Source of the DNA: Acidobacteriota bacterium
GTDB taxonomy: Bacteria; Acidobacteriota; Vicinamibacteria; Vicinamibacterales; UBA2999
NCBI GenBank assembly: GCA_016213695.1
Contig: JACQZV010000025.1
Coordinates: 14,965-78,964, forward strand
DNA length: 64,000 bases
Direction: 5' to 3'
A model generated the notes under the pieces. It ran no database searches, was not told the origin of the DNA, and was given only the letters and a program-made list of their open reading frames with translations. Positions within the stretch are counted from its first letter, which is position 1. Each line of letters starts with the position of its first letter. Shown here in pieces: positions 35,244-43,789 of this stretch. The translations under genes were made by a program, and so were the position numbers.

Positions 35244-36989
35244 ATGAAGCACTGGCGCCAGCACGAGCGCGCGCTCGAACTCCTGTCGAAGGAAGTGGGA
35301 TACGTGCGCAAGCCGCACGGCGGCAAGCTGCGCGTGGCGCTGGCGTTTCCCAACACGTATTTCGTCGGGATGTCGAACCTCGGCTTCCAGACGGTGTACC
35401 GCCTCTTCAACGCCGAGGCCGACATCGTCTGCGAGCGCGTGTTCCTGCCGCCGAAGACGGAACTGGCCGAGCAGCTCGCCTCCGGCGCGCCGCTCGTGAC
35501 AGTCGAATCGCAGACGCTCGTATCCGAGTTCGACGTGCTGGCGTTCTCGGTGTCGTTCGAGTGGGACTACACCAACGTGCTGACGCTGCTGCGGCTGGCG
35601 GGGCTCCCTCTGCGCGCGGAGGCGCGGAGCCACCGGCATCCGCTCGTGGTGATTGGCGGCGCGGTCACGTTCGTCAATCCGGAGCCGCTGGCGCTCTTTG
35701 CCGACGTGATTGCCGCGGGCGAGGGCGAAGCGCTCGTCCCGTCGCTGCTGCGCGGGTTCCAGACGGCGTCGGACCGGGCCGATCTGCTGCGCCGGCTCGC
35801 CGCCGAGCGCGGGATGTACGTTCCCTCGTTCTACGACGTGCGGTATGCGGACGACGGGACGATTGCGCGCGTGGAGGTGAAGGCGGGCAGCGGCGCGCCG
35901 CCGGTGGTCCGCAAGGCGGCGCTCAAGACCACCGACGCGGTGGATCCGCCGGCCACGAGCATCTTCACGCCCGACACCGAGTTCGGATCGCGGCTGCTCG
36001 TGGAAGTCGTGCGCGGGTGCGCCAACCTGTGCCGCTTCTGCTGGGCGGGCTACAACTACCTGCCGGTGCGCGCGTTCCCGACGGACCGGATTCTGGCCAT
36101 CGCCGAGCGCGCGCGCCCCTATTCGAGCCGCGTGGGACTCGTGTCGATCGCGCTCTGCGATCACCCGGAGATCGAGGAGATCCTCACGCGGCTGTCGGCG
36201 ATGGGGTACTCGATCAGCCCGGCGTCGCTCCGGCTCGACGACATCACACCGACCATCGTGCGGCTGCTGCGCGAGAGCGGCGAGCGGACGATTACCATCG
36301 CGCCCGAGACCGGCTCCGACCGCCTCCGCCGCGTCATCAACAAGACGGTCACCAACGACGAGATCCTGGCCAGCGCCGAGCGGATCTTCGCCAGCGGCAT
36401 CGAGAACCTGAAGCTGTACTTCATGATCGGATTGCCGACCGAAACCGACGAGGACCTCGTGGCGATTCGCGATCTGACGCTGCAGCTGCGGGCGGTCATG
36501 CTCGCGCACGGCCGCGGCCGCGGACAGCTCGGGCGCATCGTCGGCAGCGTGAATCCGCTGGTGCCCAAGCCGGGAACCGCGTATCAGTGGCTGCCGATGG
36601 AAGGCGACGCCTCCGTCGAACGGAAGATCAGGCGGATGCGGACGCTCATGGCCGGCATCGACAACGTCTACGTCAACATCAAGTCGGAGCGGCATTCCTT
36701 CTACCAGGCGCTGCTCTCGCTCGGCGACCGCCGCGTGGCGCCCGCCATCGAGGCGGCCGAGCGTAACGGCGGCAACTGGCGCGCGGCCGTCGCCGACAGC
36801 GGCGTCGACGCCGACTTCTTCGTGTTCCGCGACCGGTCGCACGACGCGGTGCTGCCGTGGGACATCATCGACGGCGGCATGAAGGACGAGTTCTTCCGCG
36901 CCGAGTTCGACAAGTCCCTCCGCGAGGAATGGACCCTGCCACCGAAGCGGCAGAAGGAGAACAGCCGCCTCCTGCCCGTGCTGCAGTAG
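35244..36989 (+). CDS. B12-binding-domain radical SAM protein (TIGR03960-like)
   Basis: 581-aa ORF with a CxxxCxxC cluster (RGCANLCRFCWAG) and the N-terminus LRVALAFPNTYFVGMSNLGFQ. Confidence 0.85.
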   Translation: MKHWRQHERALELLSKEVGYVRKPHGGKLRVALAFPNTYFVGMSNLGFQTVYRLFNAEADIVCERVFLPPKTELAEQLASGAPLVTVESQTLVSEFDVLAFSVSFEWDYTNVLTLLRLAGLPLRAEARSHRHPLVVIGGAVTFVNPEPLALFADVIAAGEGEALVPSLLRGFQTASDRADLLRRLAAERGMYVPSFYDVRYADDGTIARVEVKAGSGAPPVVRKAALKTTDAVDPPATSIFTPDTEFGSRLLVEVVRGCANLCRFCWAGYNYLPVRAFPTDRILAIAERARPYSSRVGLVSIALCDHPEIEEILTRLSAMGYSISPASLRLDDITPTIVRLLRESGERTITIAPETGSDRLRRVINKTVTNDEILASAERIFASGIENLKLYFMIGLPTETDEDLVAIRDLTLQLRAVMLAHGRGRGQLGRIVGSVNPLVPKPGTAYQWLPMEGDASVERKIRRMRTLMAGIDNVYVNIKSERHSFYQALLSLGDRRVAPAIEAAERNGGNWRAAVADSGVDADFFVFRDRSHDAVLPWDIIDGGMKDEFFRAEFDKSLREEWTLPPKRQKENSRLLPVLQ

Positions 36990-37019
36990 CGGACGCGCAG
37001 GCTGAAGCCTGCGCGCTAC
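36986..37019. terminator. bidirectional REP-type hairpin GTAGC..GCGCAGGC-TGAA-GCCTGCGC-GCTAC
   Basis: 8-bp perfect inner stem (36995..37002 with 37007..37014) and a 5-bp outer stem. The outer stem contains the stop codons of both convergent genes. Confidence 0.55.
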
Positions 37020-37318
37020 AGGGCGACCGCCGCCTTCTCCTCGAACTCCGCATAGGCCTCGAGGATCGCTTCGCGAATGCGGTCCTGCGCCGTGGCGTCG
37101 GCGACGGGCCGCAGCAGCGAGAAGCTGCGCCGCTCGCCGTTGACCGAATACTGGCGCGCGGGGAAGGTGACGTTGCGCCCGCCGCCGGTCCGGCGCTCCC
37201 AGACCGAGAACCCGATCAGTTTCAAGCCTTCGAGCACCCCTTCGGTGAAGTGCAGCTCCGCATCGGCCAGCTTGCCGGGCGGGTTGTTGGTCTCGATCGG
37301 GGCGATTTTGATGATCAC
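37016..37318 (-). CDS. SpoVG-like protein
   Basis: GTG at 37318 is preceded by GGAGGA. The 100-aa product VIIKIAPIETNNPPGKLADAELHFTEGVLEGLKLIGFSVWE...VTFPARQY...LLRPV aligns by eye with the SpoVG pattern. Confidence 0.55.
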   Translation of the reverse strand: MIIKIAPIETNNPPGKLADAELHFTEGVLEGLKLIGFSVWERRTGGGRNVTFPARQYSVNGERRSFSLLRPVADATAQDRIREAILEAYAEFEEKAAVAL

Positions 37319-37484
37319 GGCATCCTCCGTTTGCACAGGGGCACTGAGGCAAAGGGGCCGCCAGCGCGCTGGAAAGAATGCGAAGGTGCAAACCGCTCCA
37401 AGGGCGGCGGTTACGGGCGCGCCCGAAAGCCGTGCCGGAGCAGCGTTGAGCGGGTGTGAACGGGAGTTGTCGAACCCCGCCCGA

Positions 37485-37862
37485 TCAGCGGAGGAGCAGG
37501 ACGTGCGCGATGGCGAGATCCCGCGAGTGCGTGAGTGTGAGGAGCGACCCGGTGGCGCCGAGCGCCGCACAGCGGGCCGCGGCTCCGTCATGAAACCGCA
37601 GTTGCGGGGGGCCGGAGCGGCGGAAGACTTCGATGCCTCGCCAGAACACGCCGCGCGAGTGGCCCGTCCCGAGCGCCTTCATCGCCGCTTCCTTGGCCGC
37701 AAAGCGGGCCGCGAAGGACGAGGCGATATCGCGCTTGCGCCGGCAGTAGGCGATTTCCTCGTCGGTGAAGACGCGGCGGACGAAGCGGTCGCCGTAGCGC
37801 TCGATGGCGCTGGCGATACGCGAGATCTCGGTCGCGTCGAGTCCTGTACCTATAATCTCCAT
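37485..37862 (-). CDS. acpS: holo-[acyl-carrier-protein] synthase
   Basis: ATG at 37862 gives MEIIGTGLDATEISRI.... Also FAARFAAKEAAMKALG and SLTHSRDLAIA. Confidence 0.85.
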   Translation of the reverse strand: MEIIGTGLDATEISRIASAIERYGDRFVRRVFTDEEIAYCRRKRDIASSFAARFAAKEAAMKALGTGHSRGVFWRGIEVFRRSGPPQLRFHDGAAARCAALGATGSLLTLTHSRDLAIAHVLLLR

Positions 37863-37876
37863 CTCTGAGGATCCAA

Positions 37877-37943
37877 GCCACCGAAGCCCTGAGGTCCGGA
37901 GGTCACCACATTCGTTGTCTCCGTGGCTCCGTGTCTCCGTGGC
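37877..37943. repeat. degenerate copy of the octamer-repeat palindrome
   Basis: The right arm TCTCCGTGGCTCCGTGTCTCCGTGGC (37918..37943) is intact. The left arm GCCACCGAAGCCCTGAGGTCCGGAGG is only partly complementary. Confidence 0.5.
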
Positions 37944-37959
37944 CCGTCGGTCATCGTAC

Positions 37960-38715
37960 ATGACCCTGCCACCCGTTCCCGAATCGTTCTCCTGGACCGA
38001 GTCGCCTGCTGGCCTGGTCCTGACGTGCCGGCCGCTCGACGCGGTGACGCCACACCTGTTTACGACGCGTCAACTGCAGTTGACAGCGGACGACTGGCGC
38101 CGCGTGGCTGGCCTCCTTGGCGCCAGGCAGGCCGTCACCCTCAATCAGGTGCACGGCCGCGACGTGGTTGTCGTCCGGGCCGGAGCGCCTCCGCCCGTGG
38201 GACAGCCCACCGGTGACGTGCTCGTCTCGGACGACCCGGCGGCTGCGATTGCGGTGCGCGCCGCCGACTGCGCGCCGCTGCTGCTCGCCGACACGCGCTC
38301 AGGCGCGGCTGCAGCCGTGCACGCGGGGTGGCGCGGGACGGCCGCGGGCGCGGCCGCCGCCGCCGTCGACGCACTGAGACAGCATTTCGGCGCCGCTCCC
38401 GGCAACCTGATCGTCGCCATCGGTCCGAGCATCGGGGCGTGCTGCTACGAGGTCGGGAGCGATGTCGTGGACGCGTTTGCCGCCGCGGGGCATCCGCGGC
38501 ACCTGGTGGATCGCTGGTTCGTGGTGCGAAACGCGCGCCTCTATCTGGACGTCGCGGGCGCGAACCGCGATCAGCTCGTGCTGGCGGGTGTGCCCGACGC
38601 GCAGATCCACGACTGCCGCCTGTGCACGGCCATGCATCTCGACGTGCTAACCTCCTACCGCGCCGAACGGGAACGGGCCGGCAGGATGGCGGGCGCCATC
38701 CGCGCGCGCGCCTGA
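37960..38715 (+). CDS. pgeF: peptidoglycan editing factor PgeF / YfiH (DUF152 laccase-domain) family
   Basis: ATG at 37960 gives MTLPPVPESF.... Contains QVHG, ADCAPLL, VHAGWRGTAAG and CCYEVG. Confidence 0.85.
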   Translation: MTLPPVPESFSWTESPAGLVLTCRPLDAVTPHLFTTRQLQLTADDWRRVAGLLGARQAVTLNQVHGRDVVVVRAGAPPPVGQPTGDVLVSDDPAAAIAVRAADCAPLLLADTRSGAAAAVHAGWRGTAAGAAAAAVDALRQHFGAAPGNLIVAIGPSIGACCYEVGSDVVDAFAAAGHPRHLVDRWFVVRNARLYLDVAGANRDQLVLAGVPDAQIHDCRLCTAMHLDVLTSYRAERERAGRMAGAIRARA

Positions 38716-38747
38716 CGCCAAGGCCGCTCCGGCGCGCAGGAGGCAGC

Positions 38748-40691
38748 ATGAGCCGGGCCACACGGCGGTACGCCGCGATCGCCATGATCGTCTGCGGCGC
38801 GGCGGTCCTCTCCGCGCAGAGCACAGAGTGGCGCAGCTACAGCAGCGATCCCGGCAGCACGAAATACGCGGCGGTCGATCAGATCAATCCATCCAACGTG
38901 GCGAGGCTCAGAGTGGCGTGGCGCCGGCCGGCCCTCGACCCGCAGTTGAAACAGCTCGACCCGACGCTGACGTTCTCGAACAATTTCCGCGCGACGCCGC
39001 TCCTGGTCAACGGGGTGTTGTACGGCCCGGACGGCGTGGGGCTCGTCGAGGCGTTCGATCCCCGGACGGGCAAGACGATCTGGGTCCAGCAGCCGCCCGG
39101 CGGGGTGTCGGGGCTGCGCGGCGACAGCACGCGCGGGCTCGCGTATTGGCGCAGCGGCGCCGAAGAGCGGCTCTTCGTCCAGCGCGGCGAGACGCTCACC
39201 GCGCTCGATCCGAAGACCGGACGGCCGTCTCCAGGTTTCGGGACCGGAGGCAGCGTCAGCCTTCGACTCGGCAAGGAGCCGTACAACTGGACGGGCGCGC
39301 CGCAGGTCTGTCGCGACGTGGTGATCGTCGGGGCGTCGATGAGCGACTCGCCGCCCAACAAGGAGGGCACGCCCGGCGACGTGCGGGGGTACGACGTGCG
39401 CACCGGCCGGCTGCGCTGGACGTTTCATGTGGTGCCGCGCGAAGGGGAGTTCGGCATCGAAACATGGAAGAACGACTCCTGGCGGTACACCGGACACGCC
39501 AATCTCTGGTCGATCCCGAGCGTGGACGAGCAACTCGGCTACGCGTACCTGCCGCTGACGAGCGCGACGAGCGACATGTACGGCGGGCACCGGCCCGGCA
39601 ACAACCTGTTCAGCACGAGCCTGGTGTGCGTGAGCTGCCTGACGGGCGAGCGCGTCTGGCATCAGCAGCTCGTCCATCACGACCTGTGGGACTACGACCT
39701 GCCCGCGGCTCCGGTCCTGGCCGACATCACCGTCGCGGGCCGGCGCATCAGGGCCGTCGTCCAGGTGACCAAGCAGGCGTTTGCGTTCGTGTTCGATCGC
39801 GTCACCGGGCAGCCGGTGTGGCCGATCGAGGAGCGGCCCGTCCCGCAGTCCGCCACACCTGGCGAGCAAACCTCACCGACACAGCCGTTCCCGACGAAAC
39901 CTCCTCCGTTCGACCGGCAGGGGGTCAGCGTTGACGATCTCATCGACTTCACGCCCGAGCTGCGCGCGGCGGCTCTGGAGATCGCCAGGCACTACGCCAT
40001 CGGGCCGCTGTTTACTCCGCCGTCGATCAAGGGCAGCGGGCCCACCGACACCAGAGGCACGATCCAGCTCCCCGGGTCGGTGGGCGGCGGCGACTGGCAG
40101 GGAGCGGCGTTCGACCGTGAGACCGGCATCCTGTACGTGCCGTCGATCACCGCGCCGTTTGTTGCCGACCTCGTCCCCGGCAACCCGAAGGAAACGAACC
40201 TGACGTTCACGCGCGGCACGCGCGAGTACCCGCCGGCGCCGATGGGACTTCCGCTGCTGAAGCCGCCCTACGGACGCATCACCGCGATCGACCTGAACAA
40301 AGGGGAGATCGTCTGGGCGGTTCCGAACGGCGACGGCCCGCGGGATCATCCGCTGCTGAAGGGTCTGAAGCTGCCGCCCCTCGGCAACACGGGCCGCAGC
40401 GCGCCGCTGCTTACCAGGTCGCTGCTGTTTGTGGGAGAAGGCGATCCGATCATGTCGGGGGACGCTCGGCGGATTCCGCCGAGCATGCCGCCATCGCTGG
40501 CGCCCGGTGCGGGCGGCCACAAGTTCCGCGCCTACGACAAGGAGACCGGGCGGGTGCTCTGGGAGACGGAACTTCCCGCGGGGACGACGGGCGCGCCGAT
40601 GACCTATCTCTCTGGCGGCAAGCAGTTCATCGTCGTGGCCCTCGGGTCGCGCGAGCACGGCGCGGAGTACGTCGCGCTGAGTCTGCCGTAA
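38748..40691 (+). CDS. PQQ-dependent dehydrogenase (quinoprotein, beta-propeller)
   Basis: AGGAGG precedes ATG 38748. A signal peptide is followed by W-motif propeller repeats and typical quinoprotein segments (NLWSIPSVDEQLGYAYLP and DLWDYDLPAAP). Confidence 0.85.
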   Translation: MSRATRRYAAIAMIVCGAAVLSAQSTEWRSYSSDPGSTKYAAVDQINPSNVARLRVAWRRPALDPQLKQLDPTLTFSNNFRATPLLVNGVLYGPDGVGLVEAFDPRTGKTIWVQQPPGGVSGLRGDSTRGLAYWRSGAEERLFVQRGETLTALDPKTGRPSPGFGTGGSVSLRLGKEPYNWTGAPQVCRDVVIVGASMSDSPPNKEGTPGDVRGYDVRTGRLRWTFHVVPREGEFGIETWKNDSWRYTGHANLWSIPSVDEQLGYAYLPLTSATSDMYGGHRPGNNLFSTSLVCVSCLTGERVWHQQLVHHDLWDYDLPAAPVLADITVAGRRIRAVVQVTKQAFAFVFDRVTGQPVWPIEERPVPQSATPGEQTSPTQPFPTKPPPFDRQGVSVDDLIDFTPELRAAALEIARHYAIGPLFTPPSIKGSGPTDTRGTIQLPGSVGGGDWQGAAFDRETGILYVPSITAPFVADLVPGNPKETNLTFTRGTREYPPAPMGLPLLKPPYGRITAIDLNKGEIVWAVPNGDGPRDHPLLKGLKLPPLGNTGRSAPLLTRSLLFVGEGDPIMSGDARRIPPSMPPSLAPGAGGHKFRAYDKETGRVLWETELPAGTTGAPMTYLSGGKQFIVVALGSREHGAEYVALSLP

Positions 40692-40698
40692 CGTGTGG

Positions 40699-40716
40699 GT
40701 CCGGCTGAAGCCGGAC
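40699..40716. terminator. REP-type hairpin GTCCGGC-TGAA-GCCGGAC
   Basis: Perfect 7-bp stem located 8 nt after the PQQ dehydrogenase stop. It is followed by an octamer-like array TGTCTCAGTGCCTCAGTGTTCCGT at 40730..40753. Confidence 0.5.
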
Positions 40717-40741
40717 ACTACGTATTCGGTGTCTCAGTGCC

Positions 40742-41185
40742 TCAGTGTTCCGTAGACGCCTCATCCATCGCTTCGTTGGCGAGGCGGTCCGCCTCGCCGT
40801 TCAGCTCGCGGCGGACGTGCTCGAAGCGCACGTCGCCCACCTGCTGCGCCAGCCGCCGCGCCTGAGCCCAGAGCGGCTGCAACCCCTGGTTCTTGACGCG
40901 GTACTCTCCGCACATCTGCTTCACCAGGAGCAGCGAATCGGACCGCACGTGCAGCCGGCTGACGCCGTGCTGCACGGCCCAGGCGAGCGCCGCGATGAGC
41001 CCGCGATATTCGGCGACGTTGTTCGTGGCAATGCCGACCGACTCCTTCAGCTCCACCACCGAGGCGTCGTCGCGCTCGATGCGCACGCCGTAGCCGGCCG
41101 GCCCCGGGTTGCCGCGGGAGCCGCCGTCGATGTTCGCCACGGCGGCGCTCGCGCCGGGCGCGCCGAAGAGCGACGGCTGGGTCAT
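40742..41185 (-). CDS. rnhA: ribonuclease HI
   Basis: ATG at 41185. The 147-aa product has NIDGGSRGNPGPAGYG, TNNVAEY and NGEADRLAN (DEDD residues). Confidence 0.85.
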   Translation of the reverse strand: MTQPSLFGAPGASAAVANIDGGSRGNPGPAGYGVRIERDDASVVELKESVGIATNNVAEYRGLIAALAWAVQHGVSRLHVRSDSLLLVKQMCGEYRVKNQGLQPLWAQARRLAQQVGDVRFEHVRRELNGEADRLANEAMDEASTEH

Positions 41186-41198
41186 CCCCGTCGAACGG

Positions 41199-41936
41199 TC
41201 ACGGCGCCGGCGTCTCGGCGGCGGCCGGTGGGGGCGTGTAGTAGAGAATCCGCTGGCAGCTCTCGCACTGGATGATCTGGTCGTTCTGCCGAATTTGCTG
41301 GAAGACGTGCGGGCGCAGGCGCACGTGGCACACCGAGCAGAGCCCCTCGCGCGTGGCGGGGCAGATGGCGACGCCCTTGCGCACCCGGGCCACCTGCTCG
41401 AACAGTCCGACCAGGGACGGCTCGGCTTCCGCCACGAGCGCCACCCGCGCGTCGGTGGCCGTGGCGAAGGCCTGCTGGAGGAGCGCCAGCTCTTCGCCGA
41501 GGGCACGCTTCTCGGCGTCCACGGCCTTCTGCTGCCGGGCGAGCGCGGCCTCGGCCTCCTTGACGTCGGCGGCAATCTCGTCGGCCTCGAGCATGCGCTC
41601 GAGCACCTTTTCCTCGACGCCGCCAAGCTCGGTCTGCGCGCCGGCGATTTCGTGCTGGATGGCCTGGTATTCGCGGTTGGTCTTGACTTCGGAGAGCTGG
41701 TCCTTGAATTTGGCGAGGCGGCCCTGGAAGACGGCGGCGTCCTTCTCGAGCGCCCGCCGTCCCTCGTGGTTGTCCTTGAGGCGCTGGTGGACGAGGGCGA
41801 CGCGATCGGCGGCCGCGTGGAGGCGTGCGTCGGCGTCGGCGAGGCGTTGCGGGTGCGCGGCGATCTTCCGCCGCGCCTCCTCAATCGCGGTGTCGAGTTC
41901 CTGCAGCCGTACGAGTCGTTCCAGATCCGGAGTCAT
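41199..41936 (-). CDS. coiled-coil C4 zinc-ribbon protein (COG1579-like)
   Basis: 245 aa with a long coiled coil and a C-terminal CPATREGLCSVCH...IQCESCQRIL. Confidence 0.8.
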   Translation of the reverse strand: MTPDLERLVRLQELDTAIEEARRKIAAHPQRLADADARLHAAADRVALVHQRLKDNHEGRRALEKDAAVFQGRLAKFKDQLSEVKTNREYQAIQHEIAGAQTELGGVEEKVLERMLEADEIAADVKEAEAALARQQKAVDAEKRALGEELALLQQAFATATDARVALVAEAEPSLVGLFEQVARVRKGVAICPATREGLCSVCHVRLRPHVFQQIRQNDQIIQCESCQRILYYTPPPAAAETPAP

Positions 41937-41945
41937 TACAGGGAA

Positions 41946-42018
41946 TGGGCCCGCCAGGATTCGAACCTGGGACCAACCGATTATGAGCCGGCCGCTCTAA
42001 CCGCTGAGCTACGGGCCC
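41946..42018 (-). tRNA. tRNA with CAU anticodon (elongator Met, or Ile2 if modified)
   Basis: Hand-folded cloverleaf: GGGCCCG/TA/GCTC-AGCGGTTA-GAGC/G/GCCGG-CTCATAA-TCGGT/TGGTC/CCAGG-TTCGAAT-CCTGG/CGGGCCC/A. It is 73 nt and encodes no CCA. A G1-C72 pair is present and the 3xGC anticodon stem is absent, so it is not an initiator. Confidence 0.9.
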
Positions 42019-42024
42019 GAACAC

Positions 42025-42050
42025 GGCGGGTCTGCTGCGAGAGACCCGCC
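42025..42050 (-). terminator. 9-bp hairpin between rpoD and the tRNA (attenuator or processing site)
   Basis: GGCGGGTCT-8 nt loop-AGACCCGCC. On the minus strand it is followed by GTGTTC and then the tRNA 5' end. Confidence 0.4.
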
Positions 42051-42068
42051 CCACGTACCTTCGCATCG

Positions 42069-43775
42069 TTACGTCCGACCCTCGAGGAACGCCTTGAGCT
42101 TGCGCGACCGTGACGGGTGGCGCAGCTTGCGCAGCGCCTTCGCCTCGATCTGGCGTATCCGCTCGCGCGTGACGGCAAAGCTCTGGCCCACCTCTTCGAG
42201 GGTGTGCTCGCTGCCGTCGCCGACGCCGAAGCGCATCTTGATCACCTTCTCCTCGCGCGGCGTCAGCGTCTTGAGCACCGACTCGGTCTGCTCCTTCAGG
42301 TTGAGATTGATCACGGCCTCGGCCGGCGACACGATGTTGCGGTCCTCGATGAAGTCGCCGAGGTGCGAGTCTTCCTCTTCGCCGATCGGCGTCTCGAGCG
42401 AGATCGGCTCCTGCGCGATCTTGAGCACCTTGCGGACCTTGGACACCGGGATGTCCATCCGCTTGGCGATCTCCTCGGAGGTCGGCTCGCGGCCGAGCTC
42501 CTGCACGAGCGCGCGCGAGGTGCGGATCAGTTTGTTGATCGTCTCGATCATGTGGACCGGGATCCGGATCGTGCGCGCCTGGTCGGCAATGGCGCGCGTG
42601 ATCGCCTGGCGGATCCACCAGGTCGCGTACGTCGAGAACTTGTAGCCGCGGCGGTACTCGAACTTGTCGACCGCCTTCATCAGGCCGATGTTGCCTTCCT
42701 GGATCAGGTCGAGAAACTGGAGCCCCCGGTTCGTGTATTTCTTCGCAATCGAGACGACGAGGCGGAGGTTGGCTTCGACGAGCTCCTTCTTGGCCTGCTC
42801 GGCCTGCGCCTCGCCGCGCTGGATGACCTCGATCGTCCGGCGAAGGCGCTCGGGCGTCTCCTCCAGCTCGTCGATCATCGCCCTCACCTGGGTCCGGATG
42901 TCCTTGAGCTTCCGCTGGAGGTTCTTCTTCTCCTCCTCCCTCAGCCTCGGCCCCTTGCCCTTGACCTTCGGATTGAGCTGGCGGTCGAGCCCGTCGGCGT
43001 CGCGCTGCACGCGCTGGACCGCGTCGACCGCGTCCTTCACCTCGTCGATCAGGCGGCGCTTCACGGCCTCGGTGAACTCGATGCGGCGGATGGCGCCGGA
43101 GACCTCGATGCGCGCGCGCAGCGCCTTCCAGCGCGCGCGGCGGAACTTGCGCTTGTCCTTGCGCGGGACGTCGGCCAGCTTCTCGGCGAGCTTGACGAAA
43201 TTGAGGCGCGCCTTGCGGACCTCGTCGATCTGCGCGAGCACCTCGACCTTGCGATCCTCGATCACCTCGTCGGTGATCTCCTCGTCGCTGAAGATCACGA
43301 GCTCGCGGATCGTGCGATCGCCGGCGCGGAGCTGGTCGCCCGTAATCAGGATGCGCTTGGCGATCGTCGGCGTGCGGGAGATGGACTTGATGACGGCGAG
43401 CTTGCCGCGCTCGATCCGCTTGGCAATGGCGACCTCGCCCTCGCGGGTGAGGAGCGGCACGGTGCCCATCTCGCGCAGGTACATCCGCACCGGGTCGTTC
43501 GTCTTGTCGAGCGCGCCGGGTGTCAGGTCGAGCTCCGGCTCGTCGCCCGACCCGTCCCGGTCGAATTCCTTGTCGCCGCGGTAGGCCTTGTCGGAATCGA
43601 CCACCTCGATCCCGGCGCTGCCGAACGCGTTGAACAGATCGTCGAGATCTTCCGAGGAGGTGATCTCCGACGGCAGCATCTCGTTGACCTCGTCGTAGAG
43701 GAGATACCCCTTCTCCTTGCCGACGGTAATCAGCTGGCGCACTTCGTCGTATCGTTCTTCAATCGACAACGCCAT
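42069..43775 (-). CDS. rpoD: RNA polymerase sigma factor RpoD
   Basis: 568 aa with regions 1.1-4.2, including [27 protein letters not shown] and [30 protein letters not shown]. Confidence 0.97.
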   Translation of the reverse strand: MALSIEERYDEVRQLITVGKEKGYLLYDEVNEMLPSEITSSEDLDDLFNAFGSAGIEVVDSDKAYRGDKEFDRDGSGDEPELDLTPGALDKTNDPVRMYLREMGTVPLLTREGEVAIAKRIERGKLAVIKSISRTPTIAKRILITGDQLRAGDRTIRELVIFSDEEITDEVIEDRKVEVLAQIDEVRKARLNFVKLAEKLADVPRKDKRKFRRARWKALRARIEVSGAIRRIEFTEAVKRRLIDEVKDAVDAVQRVQRDADGLDRQLNPKVKGKGPRLREEEKKNLQRKLKDIRTQVRAMIDELEETPERLRRTIEVIQRGEAQAEQAKKELVEANLRLVVSIAKKYTNRGLQFLDLIQEGNIGLMKAVDKFEYRRGYKFSTYATWWIRQAITRAIADQARTIRIPVHMIETINKLIRTSRALVQELGREPTSEEIAKRMDIPVSKVRKVLKIAQEPISLETPIGEEEDSHLGDFIEDRNIVSPAEAVINLNLKEQTESVLKTLTPREEKVIKMRFGVGDGSEHTLEEVGQSFAVTRERIRQIEAKALRKLRHPSRSRKLKAFLEGRT

Positions 43776-43789
43776 AAACGTCCGCTCTC

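Noticed and set aside
41946-42018. The tRNA(CAU) considered as the initiator tRNA(fMet).
   Set aside because: It has a normal G1-C72 pair and an anticodon stem GCCGG/TCGGT without the three consecutive G-C pairs typical of bacterial initiators. It is therefore called elongator Met, or Ile2 if lysidine-modified.
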